Shown here: positions 25,393 to 38,169 of the stretch, piece after piece
How positions within the stretch are numbered: the first letter of the stretch is position 1
How the letters are laid out: each line of letters begins with the position of its first letter
Assembly (NCBI GenBank): GCA_028534125.1
Contig: CM052817.1
Coordinates: 78,866,001-78,930,000, forward strand
Direction: 5' to 3'
DNA length: 64,000 nt
From: Lama glama
Lineage: Eukaryota
Notes under the pieces: generated by a model
Database searches by the model: none
Told to the model about the DNA's origin: nothing
What the model saw: only the letters and a program-made list of their open reading frames with translations
Program-made: the position numbers and the translations under genes

Positions 25393-27968
25393 AAGAAGAG
25401 GCATCCCTGACTTGTTCCTGATCTTAGAGGAAAAGCTTTCAACTTTTCACCTTTGAGTATGATATTAGCTGTTAGCTATATGGTCTTTATTATATTAAGG
25501 TACATTCCCTTTATAACCACTTACTGAGCATTTTTATGAAAAAAATGGATGTTAAATTTTGTCAAATGATTTTTCTTCATCTGAGATGATCATAAGATTT
25601 TTATCCTTCATTTCTTATGTGGTTTATTACATTGATTGATTTTTGGATGTTGAACTATCCTTGCATGCTTGCTAAATCCCACTTGATTATGATGTATTAT
25701 CCTTTTAATGTATTGTTGAATTCAGCTTGCTAAAAATTTGTTAAGGATTTATACATCTATTTTCATAGAGGATATTGGTCTATAATTTCTTTTTTTGTAT
25801 TTTTATTGTCTGGCTTTTGTATCAAGGTAATGCTGGCTTTGTAAAATGAGTTTGGAAATGTTCCCTCCTCTTCTGTTTTTTTGAGGACTTCGACAAGGAT
25901 TGGTATTAATTTTTCATATGTTGGTAGAATTCACTAGTAAAGCATTCTAGTCCTGGACATCTGTTTTCAGAGTTTTTTGATGATTCATTCAGTCTTCTTA
26001 CTGGTAATTAGCCTTCATGTTTCAGTTAATATGTTGTATGTCTCTAGGAATTTATCGATTTCTCTCAGGTTGTTTAATTTGTAGGCGTATAATTGTTCAT
26101 AAGTCTCTTATGAACCTTTGTAGTTCTGTGGTAAATATTGTAATGTCTCCTCTTTCATTTATGACTTTATTTGAGTCCTTTTCTTGATGTGTCTAGTTAA
26201 AGTTTTGTCAATTTTATTTAACTTTTTAGAAAAACAGCTCTTAGTTTCATTTGTCTTTTATATTGTCTTTTTAGTCTGTATCTTATTTTCACTCTGATCT
26301 TTGTTATTTCTTTCCTTCTACTAACTATGGGCTTCATTAGTTTTTGTGTTCTTGTTCTTGAGGTGTAAAGTTGGATTGCTTATTTGAGATCTTCTTTTTT
26401 TGTTGCGGGTTTTATCACTATGAACTCTCCTCTTAAAACTACTTTTGCTGCAATCTGTTCATTTTGGTATGTTGTATTTTCATTTTCATTTGTTTCAAGA
26501 TATGTTTTATTTCTCTTTTGACTTCTTCTTTGGCCCACTTATTGTTCAGTAGCATGTTGTTTAATCTCCAAATAGTTGAGAATTTTCCCTTTTTCTCTTA
26601 TAACTGATTTCTAGTTTCCTGCCATTTTGATCTGAAAAGATGCTTGACATGATTTCAGTTTTCTTAAATTTCTTAAGACTTGTTTTGTGGCTTAAATATG
26701 ATCTATCCTGGAGAATATTCCATGTGCACTTGAGAAGAATATTCTGTTGCTTCTTAATGTGATGTCTGTATGTATCTGTTAAATTCTTATGATATCATGT
26801 GTTATTTAAAGCCACTGTTTTCTTATTAATTTTCTGTCTGATCTACTCACTGATAAAAGTAGTGAATTAAAGCCCCTACTCGTATTGTATTGAGCACTCT
26901 TTGTTTGCGATTTTGACTCAGGCAATCTGAGCCCCAAGTTCCCTGGCTGAATAGGGCCACTGGCTTTGGTCTGTGGATGATCAGTTGCCTGCCAGGAATG
27001 CTGCTTGAGCATTGCTGAGTTACATAGCTTCCAGATGTTGTGGCCAGGCTTTCTGTTTGTGCAGGGCCAGAAGTTATACTCAGAAGTGGGTAGGGCTATT
27101 TATTAGCTCCCCTACCTGGGAAGAAAGAGGGAATCACCTCCAAGTCTGTCACGGCTTTTTGTGGTTTTGACTCAGATAATCTGAATCCCAAGTTCTCTTA
27201 CTGAATGGAGCCACTGGCTTTGCTCTGTGGACAATCAGCTTTCCTTGCTGTACTGTCTGCTCAAGTGTTACTTGGATATGCAGCTTTTAGGTGTCCTGTG
27301 CAGGTAGGGCCAGGTGCTATAGGAACAGGCTATGACCCTACCTGGGGAAGAGAAGTTGCTCCAGGGCCAGGAAGGCTTTTTGTTTGAGGCCCTGAATCAG
27401 GCATACCTATGCCCCACTGAGTTCCCTGGTCAGACTGCACCACTGTTTTGGCTCTGGTTGGGACTACTTCTTGGATGCTGCAGGTAGAAATTTAGTCTGC
27501 CAAGATTCAGTGCTGGTTGCTGCAAGACTCTCTCCCTGTCTCTGTCACAATCAGATTCCCGTTGTTCAAGCCCCACAGATTCCCCACTGATCTCTGTGAA
27601 GCAAGACTGGAATAACAACTCCCAAAAAGGAACCCGCAATGCTGGGGAAGCTGAATGTCCACCCTGGACTCCATTTTCCCACTGGAGGAACCATAGGCCC
27701 ATAGAGACTTCTCAGCATGGTGTTGGAGCAGCCTGGGGAAGGGGCAATGTGTTTAGCATGTAGCCATTCCTCTGACCCTTCTAATGCAATATGTCTTGGT
27801 CTCTGTGGTACAGAAGAGTGCTTCATTCTCACCCTCATGTTCTAGGATTTTCTCAGTGGTGTCTTGTCCACGCATATTTGTTAATTGTTCTTCTTGTGAG
27901 GGGTGCAAAACAGGGAACAACCTATGTGGCAATCTTGGTGACATTAATCTTAAAATATTGTGATTTTT

Positions 27969-29220
27969 GAAGCAAATGTAGATAAATTGAACAAGGAACA
28001 GAATAGTCTAGGATTATATCCACGCTTATAAGGCCAACTGACTTATGATATAAATGCTATTGTAATGCAGTAGGGATAGATTTTTTTAAAATAAGTAATG
28101 CTTCATCAGTTGGATATTGAACCTTACCCTCACCTCATACTAATCACAAAAATAAATTTTAGACAGATTTTATAAATATGAAATGTAAAACAAAGCCTCT
28201 AGAAGAAAGCATAAAAGAATGTCTTCATGAGTCTTGGTATGCAAAGATACAATAAACAAGACACAGAGAGCACCAATAATTAGAAAGTATTGGATTTTAC
28301 TGAAATTAAGAAATTCTGTTCATTCAAAGACACTATTCACAGAATGAAAAGAAAAATTACAGGATGGCAGAGAATGTATAAGTAATTTCTACAAATCAGT
28401 GAGTAAAAGTTAACAACCATTTTTTTAAAAATGGGCAAAAGACTTTACAAAATAGTATGTTAAAATGACTAATAAGCAAATGAAAATGGTCAAAATCATT
28501 AGGTATCAGAAAAATGTATTAAAACCACTATGAGATAACACTCTAAACCCACCACAATTAAAACAAATCAGAAATAAAAGGACTGACAGCCTGAAGTTTT
28601 GGTAAGGTTATATAGTATTTGGATGTCTTACACCGCTGGAGGGAGGGCTACTATTTTGGACAACTGGCATTATCTTCTGAGGCTGAAAATACACACTGGG
28701 GTCCAGCAGTTTCTTTTCTCCGTATATACCTAACAGAAATAATTGTATGTCTTCAGCAAAAGATATGAACAGAAATGTTCATAGAACTTTGATCTTAACA
28801 GTCCTAAATTAGAAATGACCCAAATACCCATGAATAGTAGAATGGCTGAAGATGCTGTGGCATATGCATACACTGGAGTGTGACACAGCAATGAGAAAGA
28901 ACAAGCTGCACACAGTAACACAGGTTAATCTCACAATATCATGTTAAGCAAACATAAACTGGACACCAAAAATTATATGTTGCACAATTCTGTGTATATG
29001 AAGTTCAAAACCAAGCCAAGCAAAATTTGCTTATTGGAATTAGTATTTACTTTGAGGGTTACTTACTAGTGAAGTCAAAAGGAAGCTTCCTGAGTTAATG
29101 TTCTCCATCTTGGTCTGAGTAGTTAGTATCTTCATTTGTAAAAATTCTCTAGGTTGCATCCTAAAGATTTATTTTATTGTATGTATGGTATAACTCAACT
29201 TAAATGTTTTCAAAAGGAAA
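27969..29220 (+). mobile_element. Ancient L1 (L1MD/ME-like) ORF2 C-terminus and 3' UTR
   Basis: aaaatgggcaaaagact, agaaatgttcatagaact, aaatgacccaaatacccatgaatagtagaatgg. Confidence 0.8.
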
Positions 29221-29624
29221 AAATCTAAAGGCAAATGGAATATTGTCAGTATAGGTAAAATTCCCTTCTTTATAGATTTTCATATTGTGCCTCAAAAAAC
29301 AGAAGTTATTTATGATAACAAAAACAGATTCCATCTTTTATCATATATGTCTATGGAAAAGAAGTTTTAAACTCATTTGTAAGTAAACATAATATATCAA
29401 CTTAAATATTAATATTAAAGATCTCACTTTCCATAAACTTTACTGCATATTTATTTTTACATCATATTTTTACTGCAGTTACAATAGACTATGGTCAATT
29501 CTAGGTCAATATAAAGATGATATAGCATTAGAGTTTATAGAATGGACTGATTGTCTGACTTTTTTCTTATTTTACATATCATATTTTTTATGTAGCTTTC
29601 CTGCTGCTAGGATTTTAGTATTTT

Positions 29625-29845
29625 TAGTCATTAAGTGCAAACCCTCCTGAGTCAGACTGCCTATATTATTTCTCCATCCACCACTTAACAAACATAACCT
29701 TAGAGAAATTATGTAACATCTCTATTGTTCAGTTTCCTTATGAATAAAACAAAGAGGAAGATAATACTTTCCTCATTAAATTTATATATGTAAAGTGGAT
29801 AAAACAGTACACAGAACATATAAGTACTCAGTAAGTGTTAGCTTT
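29625..29845 (+). mobile_element. MIR SINE
   Basis: gagtcagactgcct…tcagtttcctt…tatgtaaagtg…taagtactcagtaagtgttagct. Confidence 0.8.
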
Positions 29846-30257
29846 TTTTTTTTTTTTTTGCCTTGGGTTTCTGATTTTACACCTGCATCAAGGACCACTT
29901 AAAATGCTTTGACTGAGGCTTTGCACTTTATCATGCAAAACTTCATTTTATTGTGAATCAGAGTTTGAATCTGAAAGATAACTCGGATGTTTGAAATATT
30001 TTCAGCCAACTGCAGTAACTGTTTACATTTCACAATCATTCACATTTCCTCTCTTCCCATAGACTCAGGCTAACTCCCAGAAGTGGTTTGCTATTCTAAT
30101 AAATACATGACATTTATTTTCTAAAACACATGAGGTTTTGTCAGTAGCAACATCTAAGTTTTTAACTAAAATTAGTAACTCCCAAACTACCCCTTCCTTA
30201 TGGTTTTCATTTTAAAGGACACTAAGATGTTGAATAAAATGGAATCTTGAGGGGTTT

Positions 30258-30470
30258 TTTATTCACACATTTAAGGATGTATATTGAGCCCCTCCTGTAT
30301 GTCAGGGAATATACTCATCACCAAGGACATAGCAATAAACCAGCAGACAGACTTTAGGAAATTTTGATTAGTGGGAGGCATACAGATAGAAATAAACAAT
30401 TGAAGCATTTAAAAAAAAAAAAAAAGCTCTGAGAAGAGAAGTGGAGGGGTTATGAGAGAATCTACAGAGC
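30258..30470 (-). mobile_element. L2 3' end
   Basis: tattgagcccctcctgtatgtcagg…ggacatagcaataaaccagcagac. Confidence 0.7.
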
Positions 30471-31494
30471 AAATTTCTCTTGGAAGCCAGTCTGACCTAC
30501 CCTTAGACTCAGACAAGAGGGGCCACTACTCTTGGTCCTGTGCCTTAAATGGCTGCAGGTATCGATAGACACACACACACAAATTTCCTCAAGAACACGT
30601 GGGCCCTCTGCCACTCAGGAATCACATTAGGGTCAGCACAATGCAACCTAAACATTGACTTTCATGACTTTCCCTTGGTCAGGCTCCGGGAAAATACTAT
30701 TTCATTTCTCTTGCATCACGCCCTCAACCAAAAGGCAACTATGTCCAAAGACTGTGAATGCTTACGAATTGTGCTGCGTGTGCTGTGAGAGACTGACATT
30801 GCTTCTGAGGGCAAAACGGTTTTGAACAGCTCAAAAGTTCTTAGGTAGAAGAGACTAGACAGCAATTACTTCGCCAAAATCTTCCTTTCTGAGCAAATGA
30901 AAACAATAAATTCTCCCATAATGAAGTATGAAGTACTGTCAAGTGAATATCGTCTTCCTTCTTTTTTGTAAGCCAATCCATGGTTTTGGAGGCACCTACT
31001 AAATTAGCATAGTATTCACAATATGTGTACATAGGGACTGAAGACCATGTGGCATTAAATTATTTTATTCCAGTTTGCATCTGTGCAAATCTACACTTAA
31101 TGTGGTATAAAACAAGAATATCATTAGGCTTTTATATATAAATAGTTACAGAATGCTAGAGTGGAATAATTTTTTATAAAAAGTAAAAATATTGAAATGT
31201 AATCAAATAACAGTTACATTAAAATTTAAGCTTTATTTTATAATTTTAAAATACTGATATTAATATTTGCATTTTATCTTATAAATAATTTTGACCATTT
31301 TAGAATATAAATAACTTGAAAAAATAAAAAGAATTACAATCAAAATTTTTTTCACTCCTTTTCATTGAGATGTTTCATTTTGTACGCTTTGAATTGTTTT
31401 TGTCTTTTTTTATTGAAAGATTCTTTAAATTCTATAGTGCTTTACAACTTTCAAAAGTTTCACACACATGATTTCATATAATTACATAATAACT

Positions 31495-34400
31495 CTTTTT
31501 TTAAATCTCCTTCCCCTATATCACCTCCCCCCCGCCTTAACTCTTTCCACTGGTAACCACTAGTTTGTTCTGAGTCTGCTTCTTTTGTGTCTTATTCACT
31601 AGTTTTATTTTTCAGATTTCACATATAATTGATACCACACAGTGTTTGTCTTTCTCTGAGCATAATTCCTCTTAGCATATTACCCTCCAAGTTCATCCAT
31701 GTTGCTGCAAATGACAAAATTTCCATTTATTTGTATGGCTGAGTAGTATTCCATTGTATTTATGTATGAGTAGTATTCCATTGTATTTATGTACCATATC
31801 TTCTTTATCCATTCATCCGTTGATGGACACATAGATTGCTTTCATACCTTGGCAACTGTAAATATGCTATGAACATTGGATGCATGTATCTTTTCAAATT
31901 AGTGTTTTCATTTTTTTTCAGATATATACTCAGGAGTGAAATTGTTGGGTCATATGGTAATTCTATTTTTAGGTTTTTGAGAAAGCTTCATACTGTTTTC
32001 CACAGTGGCTTCACCAAATTACATTCCCACCAGAAGCGTAGGAGGGCTCCGCAACATTGCCAACATTTGTTATTTGTGTTCTTTTTGATGATAGCCCTTC
32101 TGACAAGTATGTGGTGATACTGTGTTGTGGTTTTGATTTGCATTTCCCTTATGATTAGCGATATTGAGCATCTTTTCATGTGCTTGTTGGCCATCTGCAT
32201 TCTTCTTTGGAAAACTGTCTATTCAGATTTTTAGCCCATTTTTTAATCAGGTTTTTTCTTTTGATGTTGAGTCATAGGAGCTCTTTATATGTATGGAATA
32301 TTAACCCCTTATTGATTGTATCATCTGCAAATATCTTCTCCCATTCAGTAGGTTGTGTTATCATTTTGTTGATGGTTTTCTCTGCTGTGCAAAAGCTTTT
32401 AAGTTTAATTAGATCCCATTTGTTTATTTTTGCTTTTGAATTCTTTGTTTTAGGAGACAGAGCCAAAAATATATTGCTGTGATAAATGTCAAAGAGTGTT
32501 CTGCATGGTTTCTCTAGGAAGTTTATAGTGTCAGCTCTTACATGTAGGTCTTTATTTTGAGTTTATTTTTGCATATGATGTTACAGAATGTTCTAATTTC
32601 ATTCTTTTACAAATAGCTGTCCAGTTTTCCTAGCACCACTTATTGAAGAGACTATCTTTTCTCCTTTGAATATTCTTGCCTACTTTGTTTTACATTAATG
32701 GACCATAAGTGCATGGGTTTATTTATAGTCTTTCTATCCTGTTCCATTGATCTGTGTGTCTGTTTTTCTGCCAGTACCTTAATTTACCTTACACAGTGCC
32801 TTAAACAGTGCCTATTTCCTTAATTTCTCTTTCTGATAGTTTGTTGTTAGTGTATAGAAATGCAACAGATTTCTGGTTATTAATTTTGTATCCTGCAATT
32901 TTACTAAATTGATTGGTGAGCTCTAGTAGTTCTTTGGTGTCTTTAGAATTTTCTATGTATGTAGTATCAACTACAGTTACACTTGTATTTCTTTCTTCCT
33001 TTCTGATTTGGATTCTTTTTATTTCTTTTTCTTGTCTGATTGCTGTGGCTAGGACTTGCAAAACTATGTTGAATAAAATTGTGTGAGTGGGCATTCTTTT
33101 CTTATTCCTGATTTTAGAGGAAATGCTTTCAGTTTTTCATCATTGAGTATAATGTTAGCTGTGGGCTAAATATATATGGCCTTTATTATGTTGAGGTACA
33201 TGCCTATGCTCACTTTCTGGAGAGTGTTCTTTATCATATCTTTATCAAATAGATGTTGAATTTCATCAGAAGCTTTTTTTTCACCTATTGAGATGATCAC
33301 ATGGTTTTTATTCTTCAATATGTTAATATGCTATATCATATTGATTTGCAGATATTGAAAAATCCTTGTATTGCTTAATCATGGTGCATGATCCTTTTAA
33401 TGTATTGTTGGTTTGCTAGTATTTTGCTGAGGATTTTTACACTTATGTTCATCCATGATATTGGCCTGTAATTTCCCATTTTTGTGGTATCTTTTCTGGA
33501 TGGTGGCCTCATTGAATGAGTTCAGAAGTGTTCCTTCCTCTGCAATTGAATAGTTTCAGAAGGATAGATGTTAACTGTTATCTAATGTTTGGTAGAATTC
33601 ACCTGTGAAGCCATCTGGTCCTGGACTTTTATTTGTTGGGAATTTTATTCAATTTCAGTACTGATAATTGGCCTGTTCATATTGCTTATTTCTTCCTGGT
33701 TCAGTCTTGGGAGGTTGTACCTTTCTAAGAATTTATCCATTTCTTCTAGGTTGTCCATTTTATTGGCATATAGTTGTTTGTAGTAGTCTCTTACGATACA
33801 TCTGATATCACAGAAATACAATGGAACTTTTCTTTTTTCATTTCTGATTTTATTGATTTGGGCCTTCTCCCTTTTTGCTTGATGAGTCTGGCTAAAGGTT
33901 TATCAATTTTGTTTATCTTTTCAAAGAATCAGTTCATAGTTTCATTGATCTTTTGTATTGTTTTTAAAGTCTCTGTTTCATTTATTTCTGCTCTGATCTT
34001 TATGATTTCTTTCCTTCTGCTAATTTTGGGTTTTGTTTGTTCTTTGTCTCTGTTTGCTTTAGGTGTAAGTTTAGGTTGTTTATTTGAGATTTTTCTTGTT
34101 TCTTGAGGTAAGCTTGTATCATTATAAACACCCCTCTTAGAACTGCCCTTGTTGTGCCCCATAGGTTTTGGATTGTCATGGTTTCATTTTCATTCATTCT
34201 TAAGTATTTTTTTTATTTCTTCTCTGATTTCTTTAGTGATTCATTGTTTGTTTAGGAGCATATTGTTTATAGTCTTCACATTTTCATGCTTTTTGCAATT
34301 TTTTTCTTGTAGTTGATTTCTAGCCTCATAGAAGTGTGATTGGGAAAAGGTGGTTGATATGATTTCAATTGTCTTAAATTTACAGAGGCTTGCTTTGTGG

Positions 34401-37400
34401 CCAGCATGTGATTTACCCTGGAGAATGTTCCATGTGCACTTGAAAGAACATGTATTCATCTGCTTTTAGATGGAAGGGTCTGTATGTATCTATTAAGTTC
34501 AAATGTGTAATTTAAAGCCTGTGTTTCCTTACTGATTTTTTGTCTGGGTAATCTGTCCATTTATGTAAGTGGGGTGTTAAAGTTTCCTGTTATTGTGTTT
34601 CTGTCGAATTCCCCTTTTATGTTCATTAGTATATATATATAATATATATAAAGCATACATATATATGTATATATACATATACGTACACACACACGTGCTC
34701 CTATATTTAGTACATATATGTTACAAGTGTTATATCTTCTTCTTGGATTGATTCCTTGATCATTATGTAGTGGCCTTCTTTCTTTCTTGTAACAGTCTTT
34801 ATTTTAAAGTCTATTTTTTCTGAGTATTACCATTCCGGCTTTCTTTTAAACTTCCATTACTTTTTCCCATGCCCACATTTTCAGTCTGTGTCTCTAGATC
34901 TGAGATGGGGTTTCTTGTAGGCAGCATATATATGGGTCTTATTTCTGTATCCATTCATCTACTCTGTGTCTTTTGGTTGGAGCATTTATTCCATTTACAT
35001 TTAAGTTAATTACTGATATGTATGTTCTTACTGTCATTTTGGTAGTTGTTTTGGAATTGTACTTATAGGTCTTTTTTTTCCTTCTTTTGTGATTTGATGA
35101 CTATCTTTTGTGTTATGTTTGGATTCCCTTTTCTTCTATATGTGTATACCTGTTTTAGATTTTTGGTTGTGGTTAATATGAGGTTTTTGTATAGCAGTCC
35201 ATATATAAATGTGATTGTTTTAAGTTGCTGATCTCCTAATTTCAAATGCATTTTTAAAAACCTGCATTTGTACTATCCTCACCTCATGATTACTGTTTTT
35301 GATATTTTACATCTTTTTGTATGTGTATCCCTTATCTCCTTGTTGTGGATATAGATGATTTAACTACTTTTGTCTTTTAACCTCCCTGATAGTTTTCTGT
35401 GTTGATCATTTTCTACCTTTACCCTATGTTTGCCTTTACTGATGAGCTTTTTCATTTCTAGTTGTGGCCTTTTCTTTTTTCACCTAGAAAAGTTTCTTTA
35501 ACATTTGTTATAAAGCAGTTTTGATGGTGCTGAACTCCTTTAGCTTTTGCTTATCTGTAAAGCTTCTGATCTCTCCATCAGATCTGAACAAGAGTCTTGC
35601 TGGTTGAGTATTCTTGGTTGTAGGTTTTCCCTTTCATCACTTTGAATATATTGTGCTACTCCTTTCTAGCCTGCAGAGTTTCTGTAGAAAAGTCATCTGA
35701 TAACCTTGTGGGAGTTCCCTTGTATGTTATTTGTTTCTTTTTCTTCACTGCTTTTTAATATTCTCTCTTTATATTTAATTTTTGTCATTTTAATTACTAT
35801 GTGTCTTGCTGTATTCCTCTTTGGGTTTTCGTGTATGGGACTCTGTGCTTCTTGGACTTGGGTGATTATTTCCTTTTGCAAGTTAGGGAATTTTTCAGCT
35901 GTTAGGTTTTCAAATATGTTCTCAGCCCCTTTCTCTGTCTTCTTCTGGAACCCCTAATTCACAAAATCACTAATGTGAATATTGTGCTTGTTGTCTCAGA
36001 GGTCTCTTAAACTATCTTCATTTCTTTTCATTCTTTTATCTTTTTTCTGCTCAGAATCAGTGACTTACACACTCTGTCTTCCAGCTTGCTGATCTATTCT
36101 GCTGTATCATTTAGTCTACTGTTGATTCCTTCTAGTGTATCTTTCATTTCACTTATTATATTCTTTATCTCTGGTTTGTTCTTTATATTTTCTAACTCTT
36201 TGTTGAAAAGTTCTAACTTCTTGTTTTGTGTTGGATATTCTTCTCATGAATTCTTTCACCATGTTTACAATCATTACTTTGAATTCTTTCTTGGGTAGAT
36301 TGCCTATCTCCAGTTCACTTAGTTCTTCAGGAGTTTTATCACATTTCTTTATCTGGAACATGTTCCTCTTCTGCCTCATTTTGTCTAAGTTGCTATTGGT
36401 ATTTTTATGTATGTAGTAGTCAGTCATATTTGTCGACCTTGCAGACTTCTGTAGGAAAAGTCTTTATGTGTCCCTGCAGCACCCTCCCTCTCATCATCCA
36501 AGCTATATACTCTAAGGATTCCCCTAAAGAGGGCTGCATGGGTTCTTCTCTTGTGGCAAGCTGACTATGTGGGCAGGCTAGAAAGCTTGGTTGGCCCTTA
36601 GCCCAGTTGGTTGCCAGGCCATGCTTTGTGGAGATGCTTCTGGCTGATGGTTAGTGGGGTCTGGTCATGAGGCTATTGACTGTAGAATCTCAAGAAGCCC
36701 TGGGGCTAGTTCTGGCTCTCTGGTGGGCAGAATCAGGATCCAGAAGATCCTGGGGCTGTTGTCTTCTCACTGGTGAATGAAGCAGGTCCTGAGTTTAGTT
36801 CTGGACTACTGTCTTGCATAGCCAGGTCCTGGAATCTGGCTGCAGAGCCCAGGGATTTCAGAACTAATTTCCTATTGTTGGTTGTGGGGGTGGGATCCTG
36901 ACACATTTGGATATGGGATCTGGGTTGACCCAAAGCTTGTGTTGGCTTGCTAGTAGGAAGAGCTGGGGCCCGGCTGGTCCCAGGGTAGGGTCTGCCCTGC
37001 TATAGGCAGGCTGGGTTCACATGCTGTGGTTTTGCAGTTTTCTTGCTTCTGGTGTTCCCCTCTGTTGGGTGAGGCTGGTTTAGAGCTAGTGCTGTCTTCC
37101 TGAAGGGCAGAGCCACTGCCTGCCCAGTGGTGGGCGGACCTGGGTCTTGACCCTCTGGTAGGCAGTGCCGTGTGTAGAAGTGTTTCTAGAGGAGGCTGTG
37201 AGCTCAAGAAGTCTTTAGGCAGTCTGTCTGCAGTTGGGTGGGGCTGTGTTACCACCCAGCACTGGTGCCTACAGACTGTTGGGTAGGGCCAAGTCTTGGT
37301 ACTAACGAGCCAAGATGGTAGCCACCAGTTGCAGTGTTCACATGGTTGAGCAGGCTGCCAAATATGGCTGCCACCAGTGTCTGTGTCCCCAGGATGAGTT

Positions 37401-37915
37401 GCAGCTACCCCACCCCACCTCTCCAAGAGACTCTCCAAGACCAGCAGATAAGTCTGGCCTAGACTCCTTTCAGATTACTTCTTTTTCCCTGGGTCCCAGT
37501 GTATATGAGATTTTTTTGTGTGCCCTTTTAAGAGTGAAATCTCTATTCCCCAGTCTATTGGGACTCCCAAAATTAAGTCCCATTGGCCTTCAAAGCCAAA
37601 TGCTCTGGGACTTCTCTTCCCTATTCAGGACCTTCGGGCTGTGGAGCTTAATGTGGGGCTCAAAACTCTCACTCCTGGGTAACCTCTGCATCATAATTAT
37701 TTTCCAGTCTGTGGATCACCCACCTGAGGGTAAGGGACTTGATTATGTCATGAATCTGCCCCTCCTACTTGTCTCCTTGTGGTTCCTTCTTTATATCTTT
37801 AGTTGTAGAAGGTCTTTTCTTATAAGCTCCAGTCTTTCTCCAGATGGTTGTTATTTTGGTGTGCTTGTGAGAGGTGAGCTCAGGGTCTTTCTACTCCACC
37901 ATCTTTTCCCCTGGT
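31495..37915 (-). mobile_element. Near full-length decayed L1 (5' UTR about 36440-37915, ORF1, ORF2, 3' UTR lacking its distal end)
   Basis: ORF1 QVQEAQ…NPKRNTARHIVIKM; ORF2 [20 protein letters not shown] and KCWQ…HCWWECN-like motif; 5' end AAGATGG motif; many stops and frameshifts. Confidence 0.95.
31740..31793. repeat. Perfect 27-bp tandem duplication within L1 3' region
   Basis: tgagtagtattccattgtatttatgta x2. Confidence 0.95.
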
Positions 37916-37945
37916 CTGAATATAATTTTTTTTAATCTTTTAGCT

Positions 37946-38169
37946 CAAGAGTCAGCAATCTATGGCCCTTGAGATATACCCAACCACCACCTATCTTTAT
38001 TAAATAAATATTTATAGGAACACAGCCACATGCACTTGTTTAAGTAGTATCTATGGATGCTTTCACTCTACAGTGGCAAGACTGATTAGTTGCAGCAAGG
38101 ACCATGTGGCCCACAAAGTTTATAATATTTACTCTCTGCTTCTCTATAGAAAATGTTTGCCTGCACCTA
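37946..38169 (+). mobile_element. MER58A-like hAT-Charlie non-autonomous DNA transposon
   Basis: About 224 bp; ggaacacagccacatg…tggcccacaaag…aatgtttgcc; degenerate 8-bp TSD ttttagct/ttctagat fits the NTCTAGAN target. Confidence 0.9.

Larger units (their letters stand above)
23184..27949 (-). mobile_element. L1 with both ends present but ORF1 and the ORF2 N-terminus missing
   Basis: 19-bp TSD (17/19 identical) at 23165-23183 and 27950-27968; ORF2 peptides [19 protein letters not shown] and KAFPLRSGTSQGC; EN sequence abuts 5' UTR near 26892. Confidence 0.9.

Noticed and set aside
29276..29378. Plus-strand ag…gtaagt exon candidate
   Set aside because: Weak exonic side of the donor (TTT|gt) and an unprotein-like translation
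29883..29970. Minus-strand exon-like segment after tatctttcag
   Set aside because: All three frames contain stops and the donor is poor
36950..37935. Overlapping 162-aa and 206-aa ORFs as an ORF0-like or novel protein
   Set aside because: Lie in a decayed GC-richer L1 5' UTR where stops are scarce; no recognisable domain, and the 206-aa frame is only a chance antisense candidate
31485..37940. TSD for the 31.5-37.9 kb L1
   Set aside because: Flanks share only low-complexity A/T sequence and the L1 3' terminus is missing
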